The notes: generated from the letters alone by a model not told the origin. Shown: positions 31,900 through 41,786, counted from the first letter of the stretch. The stretch: DNA of 64,000 nt from Spirochaetales bacterium (GCA_016934415.1 JAFGSW010000039.1:4224-68223), one strand, 5' to 3'. Translations and numbers: made by a program.

Positions 31900-32577
31900 G
31901 TGAGCAATTTCACGGCCAAGAGCGGCCCCTTTGACGAACACGCGATACGGTACGACGAGTGGTTCGATCGACACCCATGCGTTTATGACGCCGAGTTGCG
32001 GGCGGTCAGGAAAGCGCTGCCCGCGAGGGGCCGGGGGGTGGAGATCGGCGTGGGGAGCGGCCGGTTCGCGCTTCCGCTCGGCATCTCCGCCGGGGTGGAA
32101 CCTTCGGAGAAAATGAGGGCGCTCGCCCGCGCGCGCGGGATCGACGCGCTGAGCGGCGTCGCGGAGCGGCTCCCCTTCGCGGACGCGATGTTCGATTTCG
32201 TCCTGTTCGTCACCACCATCTGCTTTCTCGACGACGTCGGCGCCGCTTTCCGGGAGGCGCATCGCGTGTTGAAGAAGGGGGGCGCGGTCGTCGTCGGTTT
32301 CGTGGAGAAGCACGGCAGACTCGGCCGGGAATACGAGGAAAAGAAGGCGCAAAGCATTTTTTACCGGGAGGCGGAATTCCGCTCCGCGGAGGAGCTCGTT
32401 TCACTTCTGAAAAAAGCCGGATTCAAGCGTTGTGTTTTTTACCAGACCCTCTTCGGGACGCCGGAACGCGTGACGGCGGACGAACCGGTCCGGCGCGGCC
32501 GCGGCGAGGGTTCTTTTCTGGTCGTCAAGGCGCGGAAAGGAGGGGGTACTTGTGGGAAAATACGAGGAACTCGCTGA
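31900..32577 (+). CDS. class I SAM-dependent methyltransferase
   Basis: VEIGVGSGRF glycine-rich motif I. Confidence 0.7.
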   Translation: MSNFTAKSGPFDEHAIRYDEWFDRHPCVYDAELRAVRKALPARGRGVEIGVGSGRFALPLGISAGVEPSEKMRALARARGIDALSGVAERLPFADAMFDFVLFVTTICFLDDVGAAFREAHRVLKKGGAVVVGFVEKHGRLGREYEEKKAQSIFYREAEFRSAEELVSLLKKAGFKRCVFYQTLFGTPERVTADEPVRRGRGEGSFLVVKARKGGGTCGKIRGTR

Positions 32578-32866
32578 AGCGCGGGCCCTGTTCGGGATTG
32601 AGGAAGAGGAGACGATGGCGGTCGTCAAGCGGAAAATCAACGCGCTTCTTAAAAAATGGCACCCGGACACGGGAAGCGGGAAGGAAGGCGATGGCGCACG
32701 CAACGCGAAAACCGCGGCGCTTGTGGGAGCGAAGAAAATCATCATGAAGTACTGCGAGGGGTATAGGATTTCCTTCGGCCGGGAGGACGTGGAAAGGTAT
32801 CTGTCGCCGGAAGAGCGCTGGAAGAGGAATTTCGGCGGCGATCACGTCTGGGGCGGAAACGGATGA
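32552..32866 (+). CDS. J-domain protein
   Basis: KKWHPD motif; GTG start. Confidence 0.55.
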   Translation: MGKYEELAEARALFGIEEEETMAVVKRKINALLKKWHPDTGSGKEGDGARNAKTAALVGAKKIIMKYCEGYRISFGREDVERYLSPEERWKRNFGGDHVWGGNG

Positions 32867-32897
32867 ACGGGACGAAGAGAGGGGGGAAGGAACAGGA

Positions 32898-34814
32898 ATG
32901 AGGATTCGAATCGCCGTTTCAAGCGGCAAAGGGGGGACGGGCAAGACTTTCATCGCCACCAACCTCGCCCGCGTGCTTGAAAAGGCGGGCGAAAAAGCGG
33001 CCTATCTCGATTGCGACGTGGAAGCGCCGAACGGCCACCTCTTTGTAAAGCCCGTGATCGGGCGCGAGGAGGAAGCGACCCTCCTCGCGCCCGCGGGAAT
33101 CGACGAGGAGCGCTGCACCGCCTGCGGGAAGTGCGCGGAGGTGTGCCGGTACCACGCCATCGCCCGGGTCGGGACGTCGATGTTGTTTTTCAGAAATCTG
33201 TGCCATGTCTGCGGCGCCTGTACGCTCGTCTGCCCGCATAAGGCGATCATCGAGCGGCCGAGAAAAATCGGAACGCTCAGGGAAGGCGCGCGCGGCGGCA
33301 TCGAGTTCCGCGACGGGCTGCTCGAAACAGGCGAGGGCGGCATGACGCCCCGGCTCATCCGCCGCGTGAAGGAGTGGGCGGGCGGGGGAGTCGTCATCCT
33401 CGATTCCCCGCCCGGCACCTCGTGCCCGGTGGTGGAGACGGTCAAGGACGCCGATCTGTGCGTGCTGGTGACCGACCCCACGCCGTTCGGCCTCAACGAC
33501 CTGAAGCTGGCCGTCGCCATGTGCCGGGAGCTCGACAAGGAGCCCGTCGTCGTCGTGAACCGGGCCGGCTACGCGGACGCGAAGTTGAAGGAATATTGCT
33601 CCGGCGAGGGCCTCGCGATCGTCGCGGAAATCCCCGATGATCGCGCCGTCGCCGAATGTTATTCCGTGGGGGATCTGGCGGTCGACCGGTTTCCGGAATA
33701 CGACGAACTGTTTCGCGCGCTCGCCCTGGAGCTTTGTGAACGCGCTTTGAAAACGGGAACCGCGCGCAAGACGAAACGGCCGGCGGCTCGTCCGTCTGGT
33801 GTCCGATCGACCGCCGCGCGGACGGCCGGCGCGGATCGAACCGAAGAGCGATCCCCCGCGGAATCAGGGACCGCCGCCGGCGCTCCCGCAGGCGCGGGAA
33901 GGAACGGCCGGGCCGTGGAGGTGACGGTGATTTCCGGAAAGGGCGGCACGGGAAAGACCTCGCTGGTCGCCTGTTTCGCCGCCCTGGGGAAGGAGATCGC
34001 CGTCGCCGATTGCGACGTGGACGCCGCCGACCTTCACCTCGTCCTCAAGCCGCGGATCGCGGAGCGCGGAGTCTTTTCCGGAGGGGTAAAGGCGTCGATC
34101 GATCTGGAAAAATGCCTGGGGTGCGGGGCGTGCGCCCGCGTCTGCCGTTTCGGGGCCGTCAGCCGCGTTCCTTCGGGCGGAAGCGTCGTTTTCGGGATCG
34201 ACGAACGCGGCTGCGAAGGCTGCGGCGCCTGTTCCCTCGTCTGCCCGGCGGACGCGGTGGCCTTTCATCCCGCGGCGAACGGCGAATGGTACGTCTCGGA
34301 AACGGAATACGGTCCGATGACCCATGCCCGCCTGTACGCCGCGGAGGAGAACTCCGGCAAGCTCGTCTCGCTCGTGCGCGAACGCCGGAACACGCTGGCC
34401 GCGGAACGCGGCTTGGAGTGGTCGCTTTCGGACGGGTCGCCCGGCACCGGCTGTCCGGTCATCGCCTCCCTCACCGGGACCGACTACGCGATCGTCGTAA
34501 CCGAGCCGACCGTCTCGGGCGTTCACGACGTGCGGCGGGTTCTCGACCTGATCCGCTTTTTCAAGCTGCGCTCGGGCGTGGCGGTAAACAAGCACGACCT
34601 CAACCCAGCGAAAACGGCCGAGATACGCGCGTTGGCGGCGGAGTACGGCGCCGATTTTCTGGGAACCGTTCCCTACGATACGGCGGTGACCGAGGCTCAG
34701 ATCCGGGGAAAATCAATCGTGGAACACGATCCTGCTTCGCCTTCCGCCCTGGCGATCGCGGAAGTGTGGCGCCGGGTGAAGGACGAATTGGAGGTAAAAA
34801 ACGATGATGACTGA
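32898..34814 (+). CDS. fused tandem MinD/ParA-type P-loop ATPase with 4Fe-4S ferredoxin domains
   Basis: Two copies of SGKGGTGKT plus CxxCxxCxxxC; low-complexity linker between the halves. Confidence 0.8.
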   Translation: MRIRIAVSSGKGGTGKTFIATNLARVLEKAGEKAAYLDCDVEAPNGHLFVKPVIGREEEATLLAPAGIDEERCTACGKCAEVCRYHAIARVGTSMLFFRNLCHVCGACTLVCPHKAIIERPRKIGTLREGARGGIEFRDGLLETGEGGMTPRLIRRVKEWAGGGVVILDSPPGTSCPVVETVKDADLCVLVTDPTPFGLNDLKLAVAMCRELDKEPVVVVNRAGYADAKLKEYCSGEGLAIVAEIPDDRAVAECYSVGDLAVDRFPEYDELFRALALELCERALKTGTARKTKRPAARPSGVRSTAARTAGADRTEERSPAESGTAAGAPAGAGRNGRAVEVTVISGKGGTGKTSLVACFAALGKEIAVADCDVDAADLHLVLKPRIAERGVFSGGVKASIDLEKCLGCGACARVCRFGAVSRVPSGGSVVFGIDERGCEGCGACSLVCPADAVAFHPAANGEWYVSETEYGPMTHARLYAAEENSGKLVSLVRERRNTLAAERGLEWSLSDGSPGTGCPVIASLTGTDYAIVVTEPTVSGVHDVRRVLDLIRFFKLRSGVAVNKHDLNPAKTAEIRALAAEYGADFLGTVPYDTAVTEAQIRGKSIVEHDPASPSALAIAEVWRRVKDELEVKNDDD

Positions 34815-35763
34815 ATACCGCCATATTTTCGGCCCGGTGCCTTCCCGCAGGCTCGGGTATTCATTGGGCGTCGATCTCGTCCCCTTCAAGACGTGCTCCT
34901 ACGACTGCGTCTATTGCCAATTGGGGCGGACCACGGAGAAGACCGCCGCCAGGCGGGAATACGTCCCGACGGCCGAGGCGATCAGGGAACTGGAACAAAA
35001 ACTGCGGGAGCCGGGGAAGGTTGATTTCGTGACTTTTTCCGGTTCGGGGGAGCCGACGCTTCACTCGGGCTTGGGGGAGTTAATCCGCGCGGCCAAGCGC
35101 CTGACCGACGTTCCGGTGGCCGTTCTCACCAACGGTTCGCTTTTATGCGATGCAGACGTACGGGAAGCGCTCGCCCCGGCGGACCTGATCATTCCGTCGC
35201 TCGACGCGGGAAGCGAAGAGCTGTTTCGTTATATCAATCGCCCTTGCGCCGGGCTTGACTTTCACCGCGTCATTGAAGGCACCGTCGAGTTTTGCAGAAG
35301 ACATCGGAAGAAGGTATGGCTGGAGGTCATGCTCCTGGCCGGCGTCAATGTCACGACCAAGGAAATTCGCGCGCTGAATTCCATAATAAAAAAAGCGAAT
35401 CCGGCCAAAGTGCAACTCAACACGGTGACCCGACCGCCAGCCGAACCGTTCGCGGAGAGAGTGCCGCCGGAGGGCATGCGCGAACTGGCGGACCGATTCG
35501 ACGGGAACGTCCAAATCATATCGGATTTCGACCGCCCGCCGCGCCTCGGGGAAGCGCTGGCCATGGAAAACGAAGTGCTTGCGTTGGTAAGGCGCCGTCC
35601 CTGCTCGGTCAATGACGTCGCGGGAGGCCTCAACCTGCGCCCGAACGAGGCGGACAAGCACCTGGAGACACTCGAAAAGAACGGCTTCATCGTTTCCCTG
35701 CGCAGGGACGGAGTCGTCTACTACGCGGCGCGGCAGGCCCCTGCGCCTCAGAAGCAAGGCTGA
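34804..35763 (+). CDS. radical SAM protein with C-terminal wHTH-like domain
   Basis: GPVPSRRLG..CSYDCVYC motifs. Confidence 0.8.
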   Translation: MMTEYRHIFGPVPSRRLGYSLGVDLVPFKTCSYDCVYCQLGRTTEKTAARREYVPTAEAIRELEQKLREPGKVDFVTFSGSGEPTLHSGLGELIRAAKRLTDVPVAVLTNGSLLCDADVREALAPADLIIPSLDAGSEELFRYINRPCAGLDFHRVIEGTVEFCRRHRKKVWLEVMLLAGVNVTTKEIRALNSIIKKANPAKVQLNTVTRPPAEPFAERVPPEGMRELADRFDGNVQIISDFDRPPRLGEALAMENEVLALVRRRPCSVNDVAGGLNLRPNEADKHLETLEKNGFIVSLRRDGVVYYAARQAPAPQKQG

Positions 35764-35782
35764 CATCGTGTTTTTATCCACC

Positions 35783-36202
35783 ATGCGGAAACTGGAGCGG
35801 GAATACCATCCCCGCTGCTTGTTTTACGGAAAAATGAACGGCGTCCGCGTTTCATTCGATGAGAACGGCGGGATGACGGCGATCGTCGGCTGCGATGTGA
35901 GATGCGGCGGGTATGAAGGAAGAATGCACGGCGGCGTGATCTCGGCCCTGTTTGATTGGGCGATGACGCATTGCCTGTTCGGCCGCGGCATCAAGGCGTA
36001 TACCGCCCGCTTGAACGTGAAATATTCACGGCCGGTGGCGACGGGAACGGAAGCGACGATCAGCGTGATGGTGGAGGGGAAACACAATGAGCGCGTGTGG
36101 CGCGTCCGGTCCTCCCTCGCTCAGAAGCGGAAGGTGTGCGCCTCGGCCACCGCGCTTTTTTGGGAGGAATCGAACGGCAACGGAACGGGCGGTTCGGCGT
36201 GA
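35783..36202 (+). CDS. PaaI-family hotdog thioesterase
   Basis: Size and the HGGVISALFD motif. Confidence 0.55.
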   Translation: MRKLEREYHPRCLFYGKMNGVRVSFDENGGMTAIVGCDVRCGGYEGRMHGGVISALFDWAMTHCLFGRGIKAYTARLNVKYSRPVATGTEATISVMVEGKHNERVWRVRSSLAQKRKVCASATALFWEESNGNGTGGSA

Positions 36203-37077
36203 AGACGTACCGTGAATGCGTTCCCTGTTTCGTCTTGCAGGCGCGCGAGGCGTGCCGTCTTTTGGGATTGAACGATGAGAAGACGAGGGAGATCGACGAG
36301 GCCGCACGGATGCTCTTGGGCGGCATCGACCGATCAACCCCGCCGCCCATGACGAGCCGGCGGCTCTGCGCGCTGGTGGCGGGAAAAAGCGGCAGGCGCG
36401 ATCCCTACCGGGAGCTGAAACGGGAAAGCAACGAAGCGGCGCTGGCCGCGTATCCCCGTGTGAAGGAGATGGTGGCCGGAGCGGCGCATCCCCTGCGCGC
36501 GGCCGTGATCGCCGCCGGCGCGGGCAACATCATCGACTTCGGCGCCCTCAGGCGGCTGAACCTCGCGGACGGAATCGACGCGGTATTCCGGCGGGTGGAG
36601 GCGGCGAGCGAGGCGCGCGACGGCATATCGTTCGAGTTCGACTCGTTCGAGAAAGCGATCGGGAGCGCCCGGCGCCTGCTCTACCTGCTCGATAACGCGG
36701 GCGAGGCCGTGTTCGACCGGGTATTAATAGAAGAGTTGAAAACGTCATATCCCGGGCTGGAGATGACCTTCGCCGTCAGGGGCGCGCCGGTCATCAACGA
36801 TTGCCTTGAAGAGGACGCGGTCGCCTGCGGTCTCGGCGCGCTGGGAACGATCGTCTCCAATGGCTCGGACGCGCCGGGGACGGTGCTGCCCCTGTGCTCG
36901 GCCGATTTCCGCGGGGTGTGGGAGAAAAGCGATCTGGTGATCGGCAAGGGCCAGGGGAATTACGAAAGTCTCTCCGGGGTGCCGAAAAACGTCTTTTTTT
37001 TATTGATCGTCAAGTGCCGGGTGGTGGCGCGCCATATCGGCGCGCGCGTCCGGGACATTGTATTGAAGAGAGAGTGA
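36200..37077 (+). CDS. DUF89 (ARMT1-like damage-control phosphatase) family protein
   Basis: GTG start; CVPC N-terminus and LDNAGE motif. Confidence 0.6.
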
Positions 37078-37323
37078 TCGTTCGTCGTTCGCTCGGCCCA
37101 TCGGGCAGCGATTGAGGAATACGCGCCGGTGATCCCTTTTCGCCCGGGGCGCGATTGCGACACCACGTACTGCGTTCCAGGTGAGGCCGAAAAACGGCAG
37201 GTAGTATAAAACGATCCGGGAAAGCCGGGGCTTCCGCCTCACCGGCTGCCGGGAAGAAAATAGATTTGCGAAGAGCAGCCGTCTGAGCGCGGTCATGAAA
37301 GCGACGAAGAAGGAGTTTTTTTT

Positions 37324-39018
37324 ATGGCGAAGAAAATCATCATCATCGGCGGGTCGGCCGCCGGACCCAAGGCTGCGGCCCGGGCGAGGCGGCTGGACCA
37401 GAGGGCCGATATCACTCTTATCCAGCGGGGACCGGACCTGTCCATGGCCTCGTGCGGGTACCCGTATTACGTGGGGGGCGTGTTTGACGACCGCCGCATG
37501 CTTCTCTCCACGCCCACGGGCGTGGTCCGCGATCCCAAATTTTTCATGAACGCCAAGGGGATCACGGCGCTGACCGGAACCGAGGCGGCGGCGATCGACC
37601 GGAAGCGGCGCGTCGTGTCGTGCACTAATCTTGCGGACGGGAGCGCGAACGAGCTGTCGTACGACAAACTCATCCTCGCCACCGGTGCGACGCCGAAAAT
37701 GCCGCCCGTGCCCGGGCGGGACCTGGAAGGCATCACGACCCTGCAGTCCATGAATGACGCCGATTACCTCAGGAAGATCCGCGACGAACGCGTCATCAAG
37801 AAAGCCGTTATCATCGGCGGCGGGCTCATCGGGATCGAGACCTGCGAGGCGCTCGAGTTGGCCGGAATCGAGATCACGGTCATTGAGGCGCTGCCCCAGC
37901 TTTTAACCTTCCTGGATCCGCAGCTCGCCAAGATCGTGGAGAACCACATACGCGGCAGGAGGGCCAACGTCATCACCGGCAATGCGCTGGCTGAATTCCT
38001 GGGCCGGGACGGAAAACTTACGGGCGTGAAGCTGGTCAACGGCACGGAGCTCCCCTGCGAGCTGGCGGTGGTGGCGGTGGGCGTCAAACCCGACGCCGCC
38101 CTGGCGGCGGCGGCCGGCCTCACTGTCGGCGAGACCGGCGGGATCGCCGTGGACGAGTTCCTCAAGACCTCAGATCCCGATATCTACGCCGCGGGCGACT
38201 GCATCGAGACCGTCAACCGCATCACCGGCAAGAAGGCGCACGCCCCCTACGGCGACCTGGCCAATCTCCAGGGGCGGGTCGCAGGCGAGAACGCGGCCTG
38301 CGGGGACAGCGTTCGTTTCCCGGGCACCATCCAGACCGGCATCTGCAAGGTCTTCGATTTCAGCGCCGGCATCACGGGGCTTTCCGAGACCGCGGCGCGC
38401 GCGGCCGGTTTCACCGACATTGAAACCGTCGTCATCGCGGGACCGGACAAACCCGGCTTCATGAACGGCAAGCTCCTCATCACCAAGATGACGGTCAACC
38501 GCGCGGACGGCCGGCTCCTCGGCCTGCAGTGCGTGGGGGCCGGGGACGTGGGAAGACAGATCGCCTCCGGCGCCCTGGCCGTCATGGGCAAGCTCGCCGT
38601 GACCGACCTGGTGAACGCCGATCTTCCGTACGCGCCGCCTTTCTCGCTCGCCATCGACAACTTCATCGCCGCCGCCCATGCCATGGAGAACAAGCTCAAG
38701 GGCCGCATGAAGGGCATCGGCGCCGCCGAGGTGAAATCGCTCGCGGAAAAAATGAACGGCGTCTTCCTGTTGGACGTGCGCGGGCCGGACGAGTACGAGG
38801 CCGTGCGCCTCGGCATCGGCGAGGTGCTCATCCCCCTGGGCGCGCTCAGGAAGCGCGTCGGCGAGCTGCCCGCGGACAAGGGCGCGACCATAATCTGCTT
38901 CTGCACAATCTCGCTGCGCGGGTGGGAGGCGGCGGCCTTTCTGGCAAGCCAGGGCTACACCGATGTGCGCGTCATGGAAGGCGGGATTGCGGCCTGGCCG
39001 TATCCGAGGGAAAAGTGA
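37324..39018 (+). CDS. CoA-disulfide reductase-like FAD oxidoreductase with C-terminal rhodanese domain
   Basis: IIGGSAAG, SCGYPYY active-site Cys, and rhodanese CFCTISLRG. Confidence 0.8.
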   Translation: MAKKIIIIGGSAAGPKAAARARRLDQRADITLIQRGPDLSMASCGYPYYVGGVFDDRRMLLSTPTGVVRDPKFFMNAKGITALTGTEAAAIDRKRRVVSCTNLADGSANELSYDKLILATGATPKMPPVPGRDLEGITTLQSMNDADYLRKIRDERVIKKAVIIGGGLIGIETCEALELAGIEITVIEALPQLLTFLDPQLAKIVENHIRGRRANVITGNALAEFLGRDGKLTGVKLVNGTELPCELAVVAVGVKPDAALAAAAGLTVGETGGIAVDEFLKTSDPDIYAAGDCIETVNRITGKKAHAPYGDLANLQGRVAGENAACGDSVRFPGTIQTGICKVFDFSAGITGLSETAARAAGFTDIETVVIAGPDKPGFMNGKLLITKMTVNRADGRLLGLQCVGAGDVGRQIASGALAVMGKLAVTDLVNADLPYAPPFSLAIDNFIAAAHAMENKLKGRMKGIGAAEVKSLAEKMNGVFLLDVRGPDEYEAVRLGIGEVLIPLGALRKRVGELPADKGATIICFCTISLRGWEAAAFLASQGYTDVRVMEGGIAAWPYPREK

Positions 39019-39089
39019 CGCCGGCCGCCGCACCGGGAACGGCGATAGAATGAACGACTCATGAAAAATGCACGCGCGTTTTGGGACGG

Positions 39090-39128
39090 GTTCTCGAAAA
39101 AAACCGACGAGGAGAAAACCGAGTGGGA
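39090..39128. terminator. candidate bidirectional terminator hairpin between convergent CoADR and feoB
   Basis: gacgggttc..gaacccgtc stem flanking an A-rich loop. Confidence 0.4.
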
Positions 39129-39133
39129 ACCCG

Positions 39134-41422
39134 TCACGCTCCCAGCCCCGCCAAACTTCCGATCTGGAAAACGAGGAAGGCGATGAGCCACGAGGCGGCC
39201 GTCATGTAGAGGACGGTGAAGCCGAGCCACTTCCAGCCCAACTCCGCGCGGATGGCCGCCATCGCCGCCGCGCACGGGGCGAGGATGAGGATGAAGAGCA
39301 TGAGGGCGTAGGCGGAAAGGGGACTGAAGACCGGATCGTCGACGAGCGCCTGCCTGAGCGTCTCGTCCTCCCCGGAGGCGTCCCGGCCGGTCCCGTAGAG
39401 TATGCCGAGCGTGGATACGACCAGCTCCTTGGCCGCGAAGCCGGTGAGCGACGCCACGCCGATCTTCCAGTTGAAGCCGAGCGGCTTGAACGCCGGTTCG
39501 ATGAACCGGCCGAACCGGCCCGCCAGGCTGTTCTCCAGCGCCTCGCTTCGCTTCAAGCCCTCGATGTAGCCTTCTTTCGCGGCTGCGACGCGGGCGTTCA
39601 CGGCGTCCTCCAGCGTGGCGGCGCCGGAGGCGATGTCCGTTCTCATTCTGACGAGCAGGCTCCTCGTCCCGGCGTTCGGAACGGAGGATTCGTCCAGGCT
39701 TCCGGCCAGGAGCGCCGCCGTCCGGTCGCGGATCCTCATCCTGTCCAGGCCGGCGGCGAACGCGTCCGCCTTGGCCGCCAGGGCCGCCTCGTCATAGACG
39801 GGCCGCGGGAAGGTGGTGACCGCCCAGACGAGCGCCGAGGCCGCCAGGATGATGGTGCCGGCCTTCTTCACGTAGGCCCAGGTTTTGTCCCAGACGTGCC
39901 ACAGTACTCCCCGCAGGGTGGGCAGGCGGTAGGGCGGAAGCTCCATGACGAACGGCGCCGCCTTTCCGCGCAGCACGGTTTTTTTTAAGACCGCCGCGGA
40001 CACGAGGGCGAGAAAAACGCCGATCGCGTAAACGGAAAGGACCATCGCACCGGCGTATCGGCTGAAGAAAGCGCCCGCCAGGAGCACGTACACCGGAAGC
40101 TTGGCGCCGCAGCTCATGAAGGGCGTCACCAGTATCGTGGCGATCCGGTCCTTGGGGTTTTTAAGCGTTCGCGCGGCCAGGATGGCGGGGACGGAGCAGC
40201 CGAACCCGATCATGAGCGGCATGAAGGACTGTCCGTGCAGGCCGAACAAATGCAGAAACTTGTCCATGACGAACGCGGCTCGGGACATGTAGCCGGTGTC
40301 CTCCAGAAACGAGATGAGCAAAAACAGAATGATAATGAGGGGCACGAAGGAGAGGACGCCGCCCACGCCGTGGATGAGCCCGTCCACGACGAACGACCTC
40401 ACGAGGCCGGCCGGCAGAGCCGCGGTCGCGAGCTCGGTCAGCCGGCCGAAGAAGGCCTCGAGCCAGGAGAGGGGATACTCGCCGAGGGCGAAGGTGAGTT
40501 GGAACATCCCCCAGAGCACGAAGAGGAAGATCGGCAGGCCCAGAAAGCGGTTGATGAGCACCTTGTCGATCGCCTCCGTCAGGTTGCGGCGGGCGACTTT
40601 CTTGCGCTTCACCGCCTCGCTCACCGCGCCGTGGATGTAGCCGTAGCGCTGTTCGGAGACGGCGATCTCCGCGTCCAGGCCGAAGTGCTTTTCGATCCAG
40701 GCGATGCTTTTCGCCGCCAGCGCCTCCGCCTCGGCCGCGACCGCGCTCCGGCCGACGATTTTCCGGGCCTCGCCGTCCTTTTCTATAAGCTTCACGGCCA
40801 GCCAATGGATGGGATAGCGCGCGGCGAGCGACTCATCCCGCGAAAGGACGGCGACGAGCTTCCGCGCCTCGCGCTCGATCTCCTCGCCGTAGCCGGGGGT
40901 GAGGTCGGCATCTATCGGGCGTTCCGCTTCCGTGATCACCAGATCGAGCAGTTCCGCCACGCCCTTACCCGAGGAGCCGATTGTCTTCACGAAGGGAATG
41001 CGCAGCACCTCGGACAGGCGCTTTTCATCGATGAGCACCCCGGCCGCCTTCGACTCGTCGCTCATGTTGAGCGCGCCGACCACCGGAATCCCCAGCTCCT
41101 GGAACTGCAGGCAGAGGAAGAGGTTGCGCTCGAGGTTGGTGGAATCGACGACGTCGAGCACGACGTCGGGTTTTTCATTGATGAGGAAATCGCGGGCCAC
41201 GATCTCGTCGAGCGAGTAAGCGGTGAGGCTGTAGGTGCCGGGCAGGTCGATGAAGCGCAGGTCGTATCCCCGATGTCCGCGCCTGCCTTCCTTTTTTTCC
41301 ACGGTCACTCCCGGGTAGTTGCCGGTTTTCTGGTGCGCTCCGGTGAGGACGTTGAAAAGCGTTGTTTTTCCCGAATTCGGGTTGCCGGCGATGGCCACCG
41401 TCAGGGTTTTATTCGATTCCAT
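39134..41422 (-). CDS. feoB: ferrous iron transporter B
   Basis: GNPNSGKTTLFN G-domain followed by a large permease domain. Confidence 0.95.
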   Translation of the reverse strand: MESNKTLTVAIAGNPNSGKTTLFNVLTGAHQKTGNYPGVTVEKKEGRRGHRGYDLRFIDLPGTYSLTAYSLDEIVARDFLINEKPDVVLDVVDSTNLERNLFLCLQFQELGIPVVGALNMSDESKAAGVLIDEKRLSEVLRIPFVKTIGSSGKGVAELLDLVITEAERPIDADLTPGYGEEIEREARKLVAVLSRDESLAARYPIHWLAVKLIEKDGEARKIVGRSAVAAEAEALAAKSIAWIEKHFGLDAEIAVSEQRYGYIHGAVSEAVKRKKVARRNLTEAIDKVLINRFLGLPIFLFVLWGMFQLTFALGEYPLSWLEAFFGRLTELATAALPAGLVRSFVVDGLIHGVGGVLSFVPLIIILFLLISFLEDTGYMSRAAFVMDKFLHLFGLHGQSFMPLMIGFGCSVPAILAARTLKNPKDRIATILVTPFMSCGAKLPVYVLLAGAFFSRYAGAMVLSVYAIGVFLALVSAAVLKKTVLRGKAAPFVMELPPYRLPTLRGVLWHVWDKTWAYVKKAGTIILAASALVWAVTTFPRPVYDEAALAAKADAFAAGLDRMRIRDRTAALLAGSLDESSVPNAGTRSLLVRMRTDIASGAATLEDAVNARVAAAKEGYIEGLKRSEALENSLAGRFGRFIEPAFKPLGFNWKIGVASLTGFAAKELVVSTLGILYGTGRDASGEDETLRQALVDDPVFSPLSAYALMLFILILAPCAAAMAAIRAELGWKWLGFTVLYMTAASWLIAFLVFQIGSLAGLGA

Positions 41423-41771
41423 TATCTCTCCGATTGCGGCCGAACCCGAACCCGCGGCCGCGGCCGAATCCGCGTCCCCTTCCGCCGCGTCCCATTCCTC
41501 TCATGCCGCCGCCTCGTCCGCGCCGGTGCCGTAGGCCGTTTCCCCGTTCCAGAAGCTCGATCCGGACACCTGCGGCCTCGGCCAGGCGTAGGGAGAGGTT
41601 GTAGCCCAGGATCCGTATCTGGACGGGGTCGCCCAGCATGGCGCAGCGCACGAGCACGCCTTCCACTCCCCGGTTGAGTCCCATGTCCACCAGCCGTTTC
41701 CCGATGGCGTCGCCGATCGTCACCTTCACGATGCGGAACCTGTCTCCCACGCACAAATCGCTCAAAAACAT
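41409..41771 (-). CDS. feoA: FeoA with Gly/Arg/Phe-rich C-terminal tail
   Basis: FeoA SH3-like core followed by the RGRGGGMRGMGRGGRGRGFGRGRGFGFGRNRR tail; its end overlaps the feoB start. Confidence 0.8.
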   Translation of the reverse strand: MFLSDLCVGDRFRIVKVTIGDAIGKRLVDMGLNRGVEGVLVRCAMLGDPVQIRILGYNLSLRLAEAAGVRIELLERGNGLRHRRGRGGGMRGMGRGGRGRGFGRGRGFGFGRNRRDNGIE

Positions 41772-41786
41772 CCGGGCCCTTCTTTT

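Noticed and set aside
40235-41677. 480-aa plus-strand ORF opposite feoB
   Set aside because: Antisense shadow of feoB; low-complexity translation.
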